A DNA stretch of 38,076 nt from positions 1-38,076 of the IMG/VR virus record IMGVR_UViG_3300028392_000013. One strand, given 5' to 3'. This DNA is from a virus (taxonomy: Duplodnaviria > Caudoviricetes). Below, one piece after another: positions 1 through 8,027 of this stretch. A model generated the notes under the pieces. That model saw only the letters and a list, made by a program, of their open reading frames with translations, made no database searches and was not told the DNA's origin. Positions within the stretch are counted from its first letter, which is position 1. Each line of letters begins with the position of its first letter. Made by a program: the position numbers and the translations under genes.

Positions 1-127
1 CTTTCAGTTACGGCGATCAAAGCTACGCGATCGCAACGACGGAGCAGAAGGCGACGCTGGAGCAGCTCCCGTGGGACACCGATGTGACAATCCGCGTGAG
101 AGCAGACAACGACAGCTTGTCAGTTTA
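1..127. repeat. Terminal direct repeat (copy 1), identical to 37950-38076; most likely assembly overlap of a circular/permuted genome
   Basis: 1-127 (ctttcagttacggcg...gcttgtcagttta) matches 37950-38076 exactly, and an ORF reads in frame through the junction. Confidence 0.95.
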
Positions 128-662
128 CTCAGACTGGTCTGAACCTTTTACCTTTCACACCGAGCTGGAACCGATCGTGATCCCGCCTACAGATCCACCC
201 GTAGTGGATCCACCCGTAGTGGATCCGCCCGTTGTTGATCCGCCGATTGTGGTGCCACCCGTTCCAGATCCGCAACCAAGCCCTGAACCGACGACAGAAC
301 CAACAACAGCACCAACACCCGAACCAGAGATCAGCTCAGGCATTTCAGCAACCGAAGCACACCAACAGATCATGAATCAACTCTGGACCGCAGCACAAGC
401 AGACGACATTGAAGTGCCAGCTGCGATCGCAGACGTTCCCCTGATCGGCGATGCAGCCGTGGCGGTCATTTCAGCGATCAACTTTCTAGGCAACGTTGGA
501 TCAGACCTGACACCACAGGTCAGAGCAAAGGCTAAGAAGACCTTGATCAGTGCGGTCATTGTTACACAGGTGGCTCAGTTTTCAACTCAAACCGCATTGG
601 CAAGTGCAGCTGCAGCTGCGGGAGCACCAACATCAACACTAAGGAAAAGAGTAAAAGAATGA
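3..662 (+). CDS. C-terminal part of junction-spanning surface protein (end of FN3-like domain, Pro-rich linker, hydrophobic C-terminal region, basic tail)
   Basis: In frame with the ORF starting GTG 37310 across the repeat; VTIRVRADN..SVYSDWS is FN3-strand-like; DPPVV repeats; ends TLRKRVKE. Confidence 0.85.
   Translation, partial: FSYGDQSYAIATTEQKATLEQLPWDTDVTIRVRADNDSLSVYSDWSEPFTFHTELEPIVIPPTDPPVVDPPVVDPPVVDPPIVVPPVPDPQPSPEPTTEPTTAPTPEPEISSGISATEAHQQIMNQLWTAAQADDIEVPAAIADVPLIGDAAVAVISAINFLGNVGSDLTPQVRAKAKKTLISAVIVTQVAQFSTQTALASAAAAAGAPTSTLRKRVKE
192..251 (+). repeat. 15-bp tandem repeat (~4 copies) encoding DPPVV
   Basis: gatccacccgtagtg gatccacccgtagtg gatccgcccgttgtt gatccgccgattgtg. 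Confidence 0.9.
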
Positions 663-826
663 AATTTCTAAACGACCTGCTCGGACAAGTATGGACTTTA
701 CTAGGCATGTTCATCGCATGGCTGGTGCTTGAAGGAACAGCAAAGACGGTGGTCGGCTACGGCATAGTCGGCACGCTGATAATATGGATTTTGACTTATC
801 CAATCCGCAACCGCAAGGACGACTAA
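659..826 (+). CDS. Small two-TM membrane protein, 55 aa (holin-like or partner of the surface protein); not in ORF track
   Basis: MKFLNDLLGQVWTLLGMFIAWLVLEGTAKTVVGYGIVGTLIIWILTYPIRNRKDD; ATGA overlap with upstream stop. Confidence 0.8.
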   Translation: MKFLNDLLGQVWTLLGMFIAWLVLEGTAKTVVGYGIVGTLIIWILTYPIRNRKDD

Positions 827-969
827 TGGCTACCTGCAAAACATGCAATACCGAAGACAACATCGTCCACTCTGGAGTTGACGCTTTGCTTTTAGGCATT
901 GACGGAGCTGAAACAGGAACCATGTGCTACGCGTGTGCAAACAAAGAGAGATCCGAAAAGAATGACTAA
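826..969 (+). CDS. Small zinc-finger protein (CxxC...CxxC), 47 aa
   Basis: MATCKTC...MCYACAN; TAATG coupling upstream. Confidence 0.7.
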   Translation: MATCKTCNTEDNIVHSGVDALLLGIDGAETGTMCYACANKERSEKND

Positions 970-1423
970 ATACATTGAACCTTTTGCCGCCAAGTTACGT
1001 GGCGACGAGTTCGGCAACCTTGCACCTTACCGCAACGGCAGACCGCACCGCGGACAAGACTGGAGTCCAAAGGAAAAGTCACCGATCCCCGCAATCACAG
1101 ACGGAACCGTATTTGTAAACGCTTGGACTGACGTGCTTGGACACATTGTGATCCACTCAACAAAGGACGGGTTCTGGGTGCTTTACGCACACCTAGCTGA
1201 AGCGTCAACTTTGCAGAAGGGCGACAAGGTCAAGGCGGGCGACATCATCGGCAAAGTTGGTGGCGGAAAGAACACGCCGTCCGGGACCGCAAGTACGGGC
1301 TCGCATCTTCATCTTTCAATTGGCAAAGCAAACAAAGACCACAGCAACCCGAACATCCACCTAGCCGCATACGAAGACCTTGTTGATCCGTTGAAGCACA
1401 TACTCGCAAACAAGGAAGCCTAA
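962..1423 (+). CDS. Endolysin, M23 family peptidase
   Basis: HRGQD and HLH zinc motifs, LYAHL, VKAGDIIGKVG; start at ATG 962 overlaps the upstream stop. Confidence 0.9.
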   Translation: MTKYIEPFAAKLRGDEFGNLAPYRNGRPHRGQDWSPKEKSPIPAITDGTVFVNAWTDVLGHIVIHSTKDGFWVLYAHLAEASTLQKGDKVKAGDIIGKVGGGKNTPSGTASTGSHLHLSIGKANKDHSNPNIHLAAYEDLVDPLKHILANKEA

Positions 1424-1707
1424 TGCCAGACGGAAAAGTGAAAGCAGTGCTCCAAGTTTTAGTCGCGTTAGTTTGGCGTGGCTTTGGAATCTTTCTGTTC
1501 ATCCTAGGCGGCTCCGCTGGTGTTGGAGCAGCACTAACGGGCAACTGGTTTACGGGCGTAATTGTCGCATGGGGAACTTTGATGATCGGTGTGATTGGAG
1601 CTGTCGGCTACGCGATCGCAACAACAGGATCAGTAAGCAGAGAAGACATCAACAAGGCGTCACAGGATGCAATACAGAAGGCTAAAGAGCAGCAAGACAA
1701 GAAGTAG
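1423..1707 (+). CDS. Holin-like membrane protein
   Basis: Two hydrophobic segments and a charged C-terminus, directly after the endolysin. Confidence 0.65.
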   Translation: MPDGKVKAVLQVLVALVWRGFGIFLFILGGSAGVGAALTGNWFTGVIVAWGTLMIGVIGAVGYAIATTGSVSREDINKASQDAIQKAKEQQDKK

Positions 1708-1710
1708 CCG

Positions 1711-2835
1711 ATGACAACATATCGCTACCTGTTCGCAGACCTGCTCACAAACCAGATCAACGCAGAGCTCAACCTGACCCGCGTCAACTTTACGCAATCA
1801 CTAAACAACGCTGGAACTTTCACGGGCGAATTGTTGATCACAGATCCGAAGCTGGCAACCGCAAACATCTTGAACAGCACGATACCGGCACGCACGGCAT
1901 TATACATAGACCGCGACGGCGTGCTTGTATGGGGGGGAATCATCTGGGGAAGGGACTACAATAGTGCGACACAAAAACTAAACCTGACTGGGCGAGAGTT
2001 TGAATCCTATTTAGATAAAAGAATTGTTTACAACCCTGTAGCAACAGCAACCAGCTTCAGCTCCACCGATCAGAACACGATCGCACAAAGCCTAGTGAAC
2101 ACCGCACAAAGCCTACAGAACGGCAACATTGGAATCATTGTTCCAACAAACACAAGCGGCAAACTTGTAAGCCGCACCTACTACAACTACGAACTGAAAA
2201 GCGTTTATGCAGCTCTTCAGGATTTAGGGCAACAGGACACAGGATCCACAAGCGGCTACGGTTTCGATTTCAACATCCGTGTAGCTTACGACGGATCAGG
2301 AAACCCGACAAAGACACTACAGATCGGCTACCCGCAGATCGGCACACGCTACACAGCAACCAGCAAAGTCGTCCCCGTGTTTGAATTCCCCGCGGGCAAC
2401 ACGATCAGCTACGAATACAGCGAAGACGGATCCAACGCAGCAAACAGAATCTGGGTTGCAGGATCGGGCAGCAACGAAGGAAAGAACTTGCAGGTCGCGT
2501 CAGACACCGCAAAGCTGACAGCGGGCTGGGCGTTGATGGATCAACCAAGCAACCGCACCGACATCTACGATACGACCACGTTGCAGAACTTAGCGGCGGG
2601 ACAGCTGGCAGCGGTTTCATATCCGCCCGTCATTTTAAAGATTGTTGCACCACCATACAAGGATCCCGTATACGGCAGCTACGACATCGGCGATGACGTT
2701 CGAGTTAGGATCCTTGACGACTTCTTCCCTAACGGATTAGATCAGATCTACCGCGTGGTTTCATTGAACGTCACTCCCGGTGAAACACAAGGCGAACGAA
2801 TCACGCTGACATTGACTCTGCGAACCACGTCATAA
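1711..2835 (+). CDS. Minor tail/baseplate hub (Tal-like) protein
   Basis: LYIDRDGVLVWGGIIW and YDIGDDVRVRI..RVVSLNV patterns resemble actinophage siphovirus minor tail proteins. Confidence 0.8.
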   Translation: MTTYRYLFADLLTNQINAELNLTRVNFTQSLNNAGTFTGELLITDPKLATANILNSTIPARTALYIDRDGVLVWGGIIWGRDYNSATQKLNLTGREFESYLDKRIVYNPVATATSFSSTDQNTIAQSLVNTAQSLQNGNIGIIVPTNTSGKLVSRTYYNYELKSVYAALQDLGQQDTGSTSGYGFDFNIRVAYDGSGNPTKTLQIGYPQIGTRYTATSKVVPVFEFPAGNTISYEYSEDGSNAANRIWVAGSGSNEGKNLQVASDTAKLTAGWALMDQPSNRTDIYDTTTLQNLAAGQLAAVSYPPVILKIVAPPYKDPVYGSYDIGDDVRVRILDDFFPNGLDQIYRVVSLNVTPGETQGERITLTLTLRTTS

Positions 2836-2853
2836 CCACGGCAACGACTGCCC

Positions 2854-2882
2854 TTGTGAAAAGGTGTTTGAACTGGGATACT
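2854..2882 (+). promoter_or_regulatory. Putative sigma-A promoter TTGTGA-17-GATACT
   Basis: Intergenic with 17-nt spacing; followed by AGAAC, as is TACACT-AGAAC upstream of ssb (12864). Confidence 0.45.
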
Positions 2883-2920
2883 AGAACCCTAGGCAACACC
2901 GATCAGAAGAAGGCTAACAA

Positions 2921-3157
2921 ATGGGAATATTAGACGGGTTACAAGAACCACCTAAAGCACCAATAGGATCCTGCAAGGTAAGGCTAACCGCAGCACAGCT
3001 GGAACCGAAAGACGCCGAGATTTTACTGGCGGCAGTTGAAGGGGACAAATGGAAAATATTTGCTTTAGAAGCTGAGCTCCGTAAAAGAATGATTTTTATT
3101 AGCACGGGCACGTTGACCAAGCACCGCAGCAAGGCATGCTCATGCTCGAAGATCTAA
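2921..3157 (+). CDS. Hypothetical protein, possible zinc-binding/HTH
   Basis: 78-aa ORF with C...HR..ACSC; preceded by AGAAGAAGGCTAAC. Confidence 0.7.
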   Translation: MGILDGLQEPPKAPIGSCKVRLTAAQLEPKDAEILLAAVEGDKWKIFALEAELRKRMIFISTGTLTKHRSKACSCSKI

Positions 3158-4164
3158 CACCACCCGCTGAAGAACCAGCGGACGTCAAAGCTTTACGATC
3201 CGCTTTGAACAGAGCACAGCAACAACTGATACAAGCTAAGGATCGCACCGAGTTCCTTGTTGAAGTTACAAGGACCGCAGCAACCGACGCGATGATCGCG
3301 TTAGGTCCAGTGGCGGCAATCAAAGAACCGTCGAAGGACAAACGCAAGGGCAACGAAGTAGCTCTGTGGCATATGACTGATTGGCAAGGAGCTAAGAAGA
3401 CAACAAGCTACAACTCGCAGGTCATGAGAGATCGCGTCTTACGGTTTGCGGACAAAGCGATCGCGATCACAAACATCCAACGAGCAGACCACGCAGTAAA
3501 GAATTGTGTGATCGCTTTTGGCGGCGACATGGTTGAAGGGCTTTTCAACTTTCCAAGTCAACCGTTCGAGATCGACTCGACGATTTTTGAACAGTACGTA
3601 AACGTTAGCCGCCTGATGGTTGACGTGGTTAGGCAAGCACTGACCGCTTACGAACAAGTTGAAGTGGTAGCGGAATGGGGAAACCATGGACGCATCGGAT
3701 CCAAGCGGGACGCAGTTCCACGCAGCGACAACTTTGATCGCATGTGTTATGAATTGGCAAGACAGCTGCTCGCAGGTGAAAAGCGTTTGAAGTGGAACGA
3801 CAGCCCTGAAGATGTGCAACGGATCGAGATTGGAAATTATCGTGCGTTGCTTTTACACGGCGACGAGATCGGACGCGGCGGGTTTGCATCGCCGGGAACG
3901 ATCGTACAACACATGAACCGCTGGCGATCGGGAGCTTACCCGTGGGAGTTTCGCGACGTTTACATCGGGCACTATCACACGCACGCTGAATGGGCGATGG
4001 CAAACGGACTAGGATCCGTTTACCAGACGGGCAGCACTGAAAGCGACAACCGATACGCGGGCGTCATGTTAGCGGCAACAGCTCAACCAAGTCAGCGGCT
4101 TCACTTTGTGGATCCAGACAAGGGACGAGTTACCGCAAGCTACAAAGTGTGGCTTGACGCGTAG
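3136..4164 (+). CDS. Calcineurin-like metallophosphoesterase with N-terminal coiled coil
   Basis: Motifs TDWQ, GGDMVEG, GNHG, LHGD, GHYH. Confidence 0.85.
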   Translation: MLMLEDLTPPAEEPADVKALRSALNRAQQQLIQAKDRTEFLVEVTRTAATDAMIALGPVAAIKEPSKDKRKGNEVALWHMTDWQGAKKTTSYNSQVMRDRVLRFADKAIAITNIQRADHAVKNCVIAFGGDMVEGLFNFPSQPFEIDSTIFEQYVNVSRLMVDVVRQALTAYEQVEVVAEWGNHGRIGSKRDAVPRSDNFDRMCYELARQLLAGEKRLKWNDSPEDVQRIEIGNYRALLLHGDEIGRGGFASPGTIVQHMNRWRSGAYPWEFRDVYIGHYHTHAEWAMANGLGSVYQTGSTESDNRYAGVMLAATAQPSQRLHFVDPDKGRVTASYKVWLDA

Positions 4165-4189
4165 AAAGGCAAGCTTGATCCGTAGATCT

Positions 4190-4223
4190 GGAACCCGCTG
4201 AGCTTTGAGCTTGGCGGGTTTCC
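4190..4223 (+). terminator. Stem-loop, probable intrinsic terminator
   Basis: ggaacccgctgagct-ttg-agcttggcgggtttcc after the phosphoesterase; U-tract is weak. Confidence 0.6.
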
Positions 4224-4239
4224 GCGTGTTTACAGGGAT

Positions 4240-4360
4240 ATAACGGTTTGGTAACGACTAGACACGCAGGGCAGGATGAGCTTGCTTAGTTGGACAAAGT
4301 TGCGGCATACTGGATACACGGGCAAGCGAAGGGCGAGTCCACAAACGAAGGAAGATCCAA
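4240..4360 (+). promoter_or_regulatory. Early promoter/leader module 1
   Basis: ATAAC-n6-GTAAC (4240-4255), GACACGC (4261), TTGCTT-18-CATACT (4282-4311), GCGAAGGGC hairpin, AACGAAGGA RBS; same layout at 8336 and 10244. Confidence 0.75.
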
Positions 4361-4738
4361 ATGACAACACCAAAACTATCAACAGAAGCAATGGTCGCAC
4401 ATTACCTAGACAAGCCAACCATGCCAGACATGGTTAAGCGTTACGTCGAGCTCCGCGAAAAGTTTGCAGCAACGATCGACGAGATGTCGGGTTCACGCAT
4501 GAAGAACTTTAGCTCATACCTAGAAGGCAGCTACAACAGATCCGCAAGCGACGAGCTAGAGCTCGCAACCGCATGGATCGCAGCGAAGGCTGAGCTTGCA
4601 GCGGAAGCAACCAAACTTGCAACGCAGATGGAATTTATGATCAGCATCAAGTGTGATGTTGCCTTGAAGGAATGGCAGCAAGCGATGTCAGCATGGAACG
4701 AAACTCGTTTCGCAAACGCAGCAAAGGCAGGAAACTAA
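4361..4738 (+). CDS. Hypothetical early protein (helical)
   Basis: 125-aa ORF behind a conserved leader and RBS. Confidence 0.8.
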   Translation: MTTPKLSTEAMVAHYLDKPTMPDMVKRYVELREKFAATIDEMSGSRMKNFSSYLEGSYNRSASDELELATAWIAAKAELAAEATKLATQMEFMISIKCDVALKEWQQAMSAWNETRFANAAKAGN

Positions 4739-4998
4739 TGCGAATCATCACTGAGATCAAACACGGCGACATGACCGCAGAGATCAGATCACACGGCAAC
4801 GGCACCTACGAACTGGCATGGGACCAATACGGCATGGGCTGGTGCGATGACCCTGAATGGTTTGCTCAACTTGAAGAAGCACTCATCAGACTTGCGATCG
4901 TGATCCGTTGCGACCGTGTCGGTGGTGGAATCTTTACTTTAGATACAAATGATTTCTGCAAAGCAGCTGATCAATTCCTAACCAGCAACATCAACTAA
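4738..4998 (+). CDS. Hypothetical protein
   Basis: TAATG-coupled start MRIITEIK. Confidence 0.7.
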   Translation: MRIITEIKHGDMTAEIRSHGNGTYELAWDQYGMGWCDDPEWFAQLEEALIRLAIVIRCDRVGGGIFTLDTNDFCKAADQFLTSNIN

Positions 4999-5012
4999 CG
5001 AAGGAGCAACAA

Positions 5013-5804
5013 GTGAATACAACACTCGCAGTAAAGCAAGACCAGAACCAGTGGGACGCGACGCAGCTCGCAGCTCTCAGACAGATCGGACTAAGCGACG
5101 CACCCGCGGGCGACCTAGCTCTGTTCTTACACTACGCACAGAAGACTGGGCTAGATCCGTTTAGCCGTCAGATCTACATGATCGGCAGATGGGACTCACG
5201 CAGCGGCGGCAACCGCTACACGATCCAGAGCTCGATCGATGGCTTGCGAATCATTGCACAGCGATCAGGTGAATACGCTGGACAGACCGAACCTAAGTGG
5301 TGCGGCGACGACGGCGTGTGGAAGGACGTGTGGCTTGCACAGACGGCACCAACGGCAGCAAAGATCGGTGTTTACCGTCAAGGGTTTCAAGAACCGCTTT
5401 ACGCGGTCGCAACGATCGCAAGCTACATGCCTACTGGCAAGGACGGCAAGCCGCAGGGCTTATGGTCCAAGATGCCTGACGTTATGTTGGCGAAGGTTGC
5501 TGAAGCTTTGGCACTCCGCAAGGCGTTCCCGAATGACCTAAGCGGCATCTACGTAAGTGAGGAAATGGATCAAGCGGACGCCAAGGTGACCGCAGCTCCG
5601 ATCGCGATTGAAAAGGTTGCAGCTTTGACCGACGACCGCAGACAAGAACTGGTTACCGCGATCGCCAAGGCAAGCACCAAGGAAGAACTACGCAAGCTGT
5701 GGATCGACAACGGCGACGTGCTTGAAGTGGCTTTTACAAATAGCCTAGGCGACCAGACCACGCTGAAAGCGTTGATCATGACAGCACAAGGGGAACTCAA
5801 ATGA
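5013..5804 (+). CDS. bet: Phage single-strand annealing recombinase (Bet/RecT family)
   Basis: GLDPFSRQIY, SIDGLRIIAQRSGEYAG, WSKMPDVMLAKVAEALALRKAFP, GIYVSEEM. Confidence 0.93.
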   Translation: MNTTLAVKQDQNQWDATQLAALRQIGLSDAPAGDLALFLHYAQKTGLDPFSRQIYMIGRWDSRSGGNRYTIQSSIDGLRIIAQRSGEYAGQTEPKWCGDDGVWKDVWLAQTAPTAAKIGVYRQGFQEPLYAVATIASYMPTGKDGKPQGLWSKMPDVMLAKVAEALALRKAFPNDLSGIYVSEEMDQADAKVTAAPIAIEKVAALTDDRRQELVTAIAKASTKEELRKLWIDNGDVLEVAFTNSLGDQTTLKALIMTAQGELK

Positions 5805-5962
5805 AATTCTTAGCTCGATCATTAATCGCGTCCGTTTTGATTGGACTGGCAATTAAAGGGTTCTGGGACTTTCAAGATCAGTACCCGTGGCGAGCAGCAA
5901 CGACGGTAGCTCTTGTGATTGTTTGCCTAGCTTTGCTGGGTTTGAAGAAGGGACGCCGCTGA
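5801..5962 (+). CDS. Small membrane protein, 53 aa; not in ORF track
   Basis: MKFLARSLIASVLIGLAIKGFWDFQDQYPWRAATTVALVIVCLALLGLKKGRR; coupled at both ends. Confidence 0.7.
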   Translation: MKFLARSLIASVLIGLAIKGFWDFQDQYPWRAATTVALVIVCLALLGLKKGRR

Positions 5963-6273
5963 TGTCGTTTGCAAGAAGAACAGATCCACAGACAAGCCAT
6001 GACGCGGCAGCAAGCGTGATCAACATAAAACCAATCCAGAAGATCATCCTGCAGCTGCTGAGCTTTCCAAGAACCGATGAAGAACTTGTGAAGGCTTACA
6101 GCGAGCTCACCGCAAAGGGCGAAGCACCGTGGTCATCACCGTCGGGCTTACGAACCCGCAGACATGAGCTCACAGACATCGGCTACGTTGAAGACAGCGA
6201 TCTGCGGGTAAAGACTTACAGCGGCAGATCAGCGATCGTGTGGCGTTTGACGGAAGACGGTCGCAATGCCTAG
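5962..6273 (+). CDS. Putative winged-helix DNA-binding protein
   Basis: ARRTDPQTSHDAA N-terminus; TDEEL..SGLRTRRHEL..GYVEDS..SGRSAIVW pattern. Confidence 0.65.
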   Translation: MSFARRTDPQTSHDAAASVINIKPIQKIILQLLSFPRTDEELVKAYSELTAKGEAPWSSPSGLRTRRHELTDIGYVEDSDLRVKTYSGRSAIVWRLTEDGRNA

Positions 6274-6595
6274 CTTTCAGGAACAGCTGGAACAAGCAAG
6301 GGCTGAGATTTTGAGCTGGCATATTGACGGCGTGGGAAGCCAGACGTTTATGCGACACAAGAAGCGGTCAGCTTTGGAAGGGATCCTGTTGATTGAAAAG
6401 CTGATGACCGTAGACCATTTGCCAGATCCAGACTCGATCAGTGATGGCGACGACATGGGCACGCAGCTACAGACTGCGATCTGTAAGATTTGCAAAACTT
6501 TCATTGACCGCTATGAAGACGTCAATCGCGATCAGTGGCAAGCTTGGCGATCGCATGCAGACGCAAGCCGCTGCTTTGGACTGGTCAAACCGTGA
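6266..6595 (+). CDS. Hypothetical protein
   Basis: 109-aa coupled ORF with CxxC. Confidence 0.65.
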   Translation: MPSFQEQLEQARAEILSWHIDGVGSQTFMRHKKRSALEGILLIEKLMTVDHLPDPDSISDGDDMGTQLQTAICKICKTFIDRYEDVNRDQWQAWRSHADASRCFGLVKP

Positions 6596-6798
6596 TGCCT
6601 GTTGAAGATATTGTCGCTGTGATCAAAGTAGCAATTACCGAAGCAACGCTGGCGGAACGGGACCGCTTGATCCGTGAGCTTACAAGGCAAGGCGTGATCT
6701 GGAAAGACGACAAAGGCAACTGGCTGCATGTGCAACCACTGCCTGAAACGGCACGGCAGATCCCGTACGCTTTGAAACAGATCCGCAACTTAGATTAA
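6595..6798 (+). CDS. Hypothetical protein (ERxRLI family)
   Basis: MPVEDIVAVI...AERDRLIREL; similar to 15525-15755. Confidence 0.65.
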   Translation: MPVEDIVAVIKVAITEATLAERDRLIRELTRQGVIWKDDKGNWLHVQPLPETARQIPYALKQIRNLD

Positions 6799-6812
6799 TT
6801 GATTTGCCAGTT

Positions 6813-6841
6813 TTGACCCCTTCTTCATTGTGGGCTAAACT
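6813..6841 (+). promoter_or_regulatory. Near-consensus sigma-A promoter TTGACC-17-TAAACT
   Basis: -35 at 6813-6818, -10 at 6836-6841; predicted start ~6847-6848, at the first base of a hairpin. Confidence 0.75.
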
Positions 6842-6847
6842 GGATGG

Positions 6848-6938
6848 GCTAGTACTCCTTTGTTCTAGCAGGTCCTGACAGCTCCGCGGAACCCTTCCTA
6901 TCACACCCGCGTGCATGGTGCGACTCCATGCAGGACCA
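6848..6938 (+). ncRNA. Candidate small RNA: anti-RBS hairpin plus D-armless tRNA-like element
   Basis: GCTAG/CTAGC hairpin with loop TACTCCTTTGTT; acceptor stem GGTCCTG/CAGGACC+A; T-arm CATGG-TGCGACT-CCATG; GCGG/CCGC stem with large loop containing CCCTTCCT. Confidence 0.7.
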
Positions 6939-6949
6939 CGATCGATGAT

Positions 6950-7060
6950 CGCCTAACGGTTATCGGTAAGCGTCCCCGTGACTGCACCAAGGCAACCGCT
7001 ACGATTAGGCGTAAACGAGCTGCCGCGATCACGGGGATGCGGTAACAACAGGAGCAGCTC
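6950..7060 (+). ncRNA. Candidate pseudoknotted cis-regulatory leader RNA
   Basis: Crossing helices 6950-6956/7005-7011, 6970-6981/7029-7040 and 7017-7023/7054-7060. Confidence 0.5.
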
Positions 7061-7061
7061 C

Positions 7062-7472
7062 GTGGTTTGCCAGCAATGTGGTATCACCGATGACTCGACT
7101 GCGACCGCTAGGTATTTCTTTCGCACCAAGCTGAAGCTTTGCTCTTCATGCAGGGCGGTCCCTAGGTTTCAAGTAAAGACCGCAGCTGGCTGGTGCCGTC
7201 CTTGGAAGGGCGAAACAGATGACAACTGGAATCCGATAGACAACAACGGCAACCTTGTGATGCCCGGCATACGCAGTTGCGGATACAAGGACTGCATGCA
7301 CGAAGATCATGTGATACCTGAACCAGATACGATCGGCACTTTTAGGTGCAGACACAAACATGTGACGGCGACGATTTTGAGATCGCAAACTTTAGTTGAG
7401 ATACCGCCGTGTAGTATTTGCGGCGAACCAACGTCTATGGTTTCACGTGAAACAAATGGCGTTCGCTTATGA
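7062..7472 (+). CDS. Cys-rich zinc-binding protein
   Basis: GTG 7062 with AGGAG at 7050-7054 preferred over 6978; CQQC, CSSC, CGYKDCMHEDH, CSIC. Confidence 0.65.
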   Translation: MVCQQCGITDDSTATARYFFRTKLKLCSSCRAVPRFQVKTAAGWCRPWKGETDDNWNPIDNNGNLVMPGIRSCGYKDCMHEDHVIPEPDTIGTFRCRHKHVTATILRSQTLVEIPPCSICGEPTSMVSRETNGVRL

Positions 7473-7687
7473 TCCGTGAACGTTGCAGTTGTGGTGCTGA
7501 GCTGGAAACGGATGAAGCACATCCGATCAGGATTCTGAATGTTTGGCGGGCTAAACATAAATGCAAAATTCAAGTTGAGCAACGGGACTCGTCAATTTTG
7601 ACCGCGACAGATCTGCAACCTGTGGATGAACGGACTCCAGAATTTCATATTGGATTTAGACCAGAAGAAGAAGAAGAAGAAGGATAA
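7469..7687 (+). CDS. Hypothetical protein (CSCGA, acidic tail)
   Basis: 72-aa coupled ORF. Confidence 0.7.
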   Translation: MIRERCSCGAELETDEAHPIRILNVWRAKHKCKIQVEQRDSSILTATDLQPVDERTPEFHIGFRPEEEEEEG

Positions 7688-7691
7688 ACAA

Positions 7692-8027
7692 ATGGATGAA
7701 ACACCTGACAGCGTGATCGCTGAGCTGCAGCGTTTAGTTGGCGAAGCTCAGAAGGGCGTGCAAGCGTTATACGAAACGGAAACTAAGGTCGCACAATTGG
7801 AACAGGACTATGACACAGCTCACGCACACGCAATCTTAGGATCAACGGGCACCGCAGCTGAACGAGCTGCCCAAGCGACGCTGGCAACCAGTGCCCTGAA
7901 GTTTGAGCTGCAAATCGGCAAGGCGGAAATGAATCGGGTGAAGACTAAGCTGCGGGCGATTGAAAGTGCACAGGTGGCTACTAGCGTGATTGCAAAGCAG
8001 GTCGAACTGTTGTGGCGGCACGCTTGA
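7692..8027 (+). CDS. Coiled-coil hypothetical protein
   Basis: Start MDETPDSV after AAGGA; heptad-rich. Confidence 0.7.
   Translation: MDETPDSVIAELQRLVGEAQKGVQALYETETKVAQLEQDYDTAHAHAILGSTGTAAERAAQATLATSALKFELQIGKAEMNRVKTKLRAIESAQVATSVIAKQVELLWRHA

Noticed and set aside
6807-6843. Inverted repeat CCAGTTT/AAACTGG with loop CCTTCTTC as a third anti-RBS RNA hairpin
   Set aside because: It coincides with the -35/-10 promoter boxes and lies upstream of the predicted start; it could be an operator or form in read-through RNA, but is unsupported as part of the sRNA
6871-6938. Canonical tRNA or tmRNA gene
   Set aside because: No D-arm, no 7-nt anticodon loop, no G3-U70 pair and no tag reading frame
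6939-7060. Theta/HDV-like, twister or pistol ribozyme downstream of the tRNA-like element
   Set aside because: I could not place the required catalytic-core elements; only the general pseudoknot topology is similar
7662-7682. (GAA)n run as a regulatory microsatellite
   Set aside because: It simply encodes the poly-Glu tail of ORF 7469-7687
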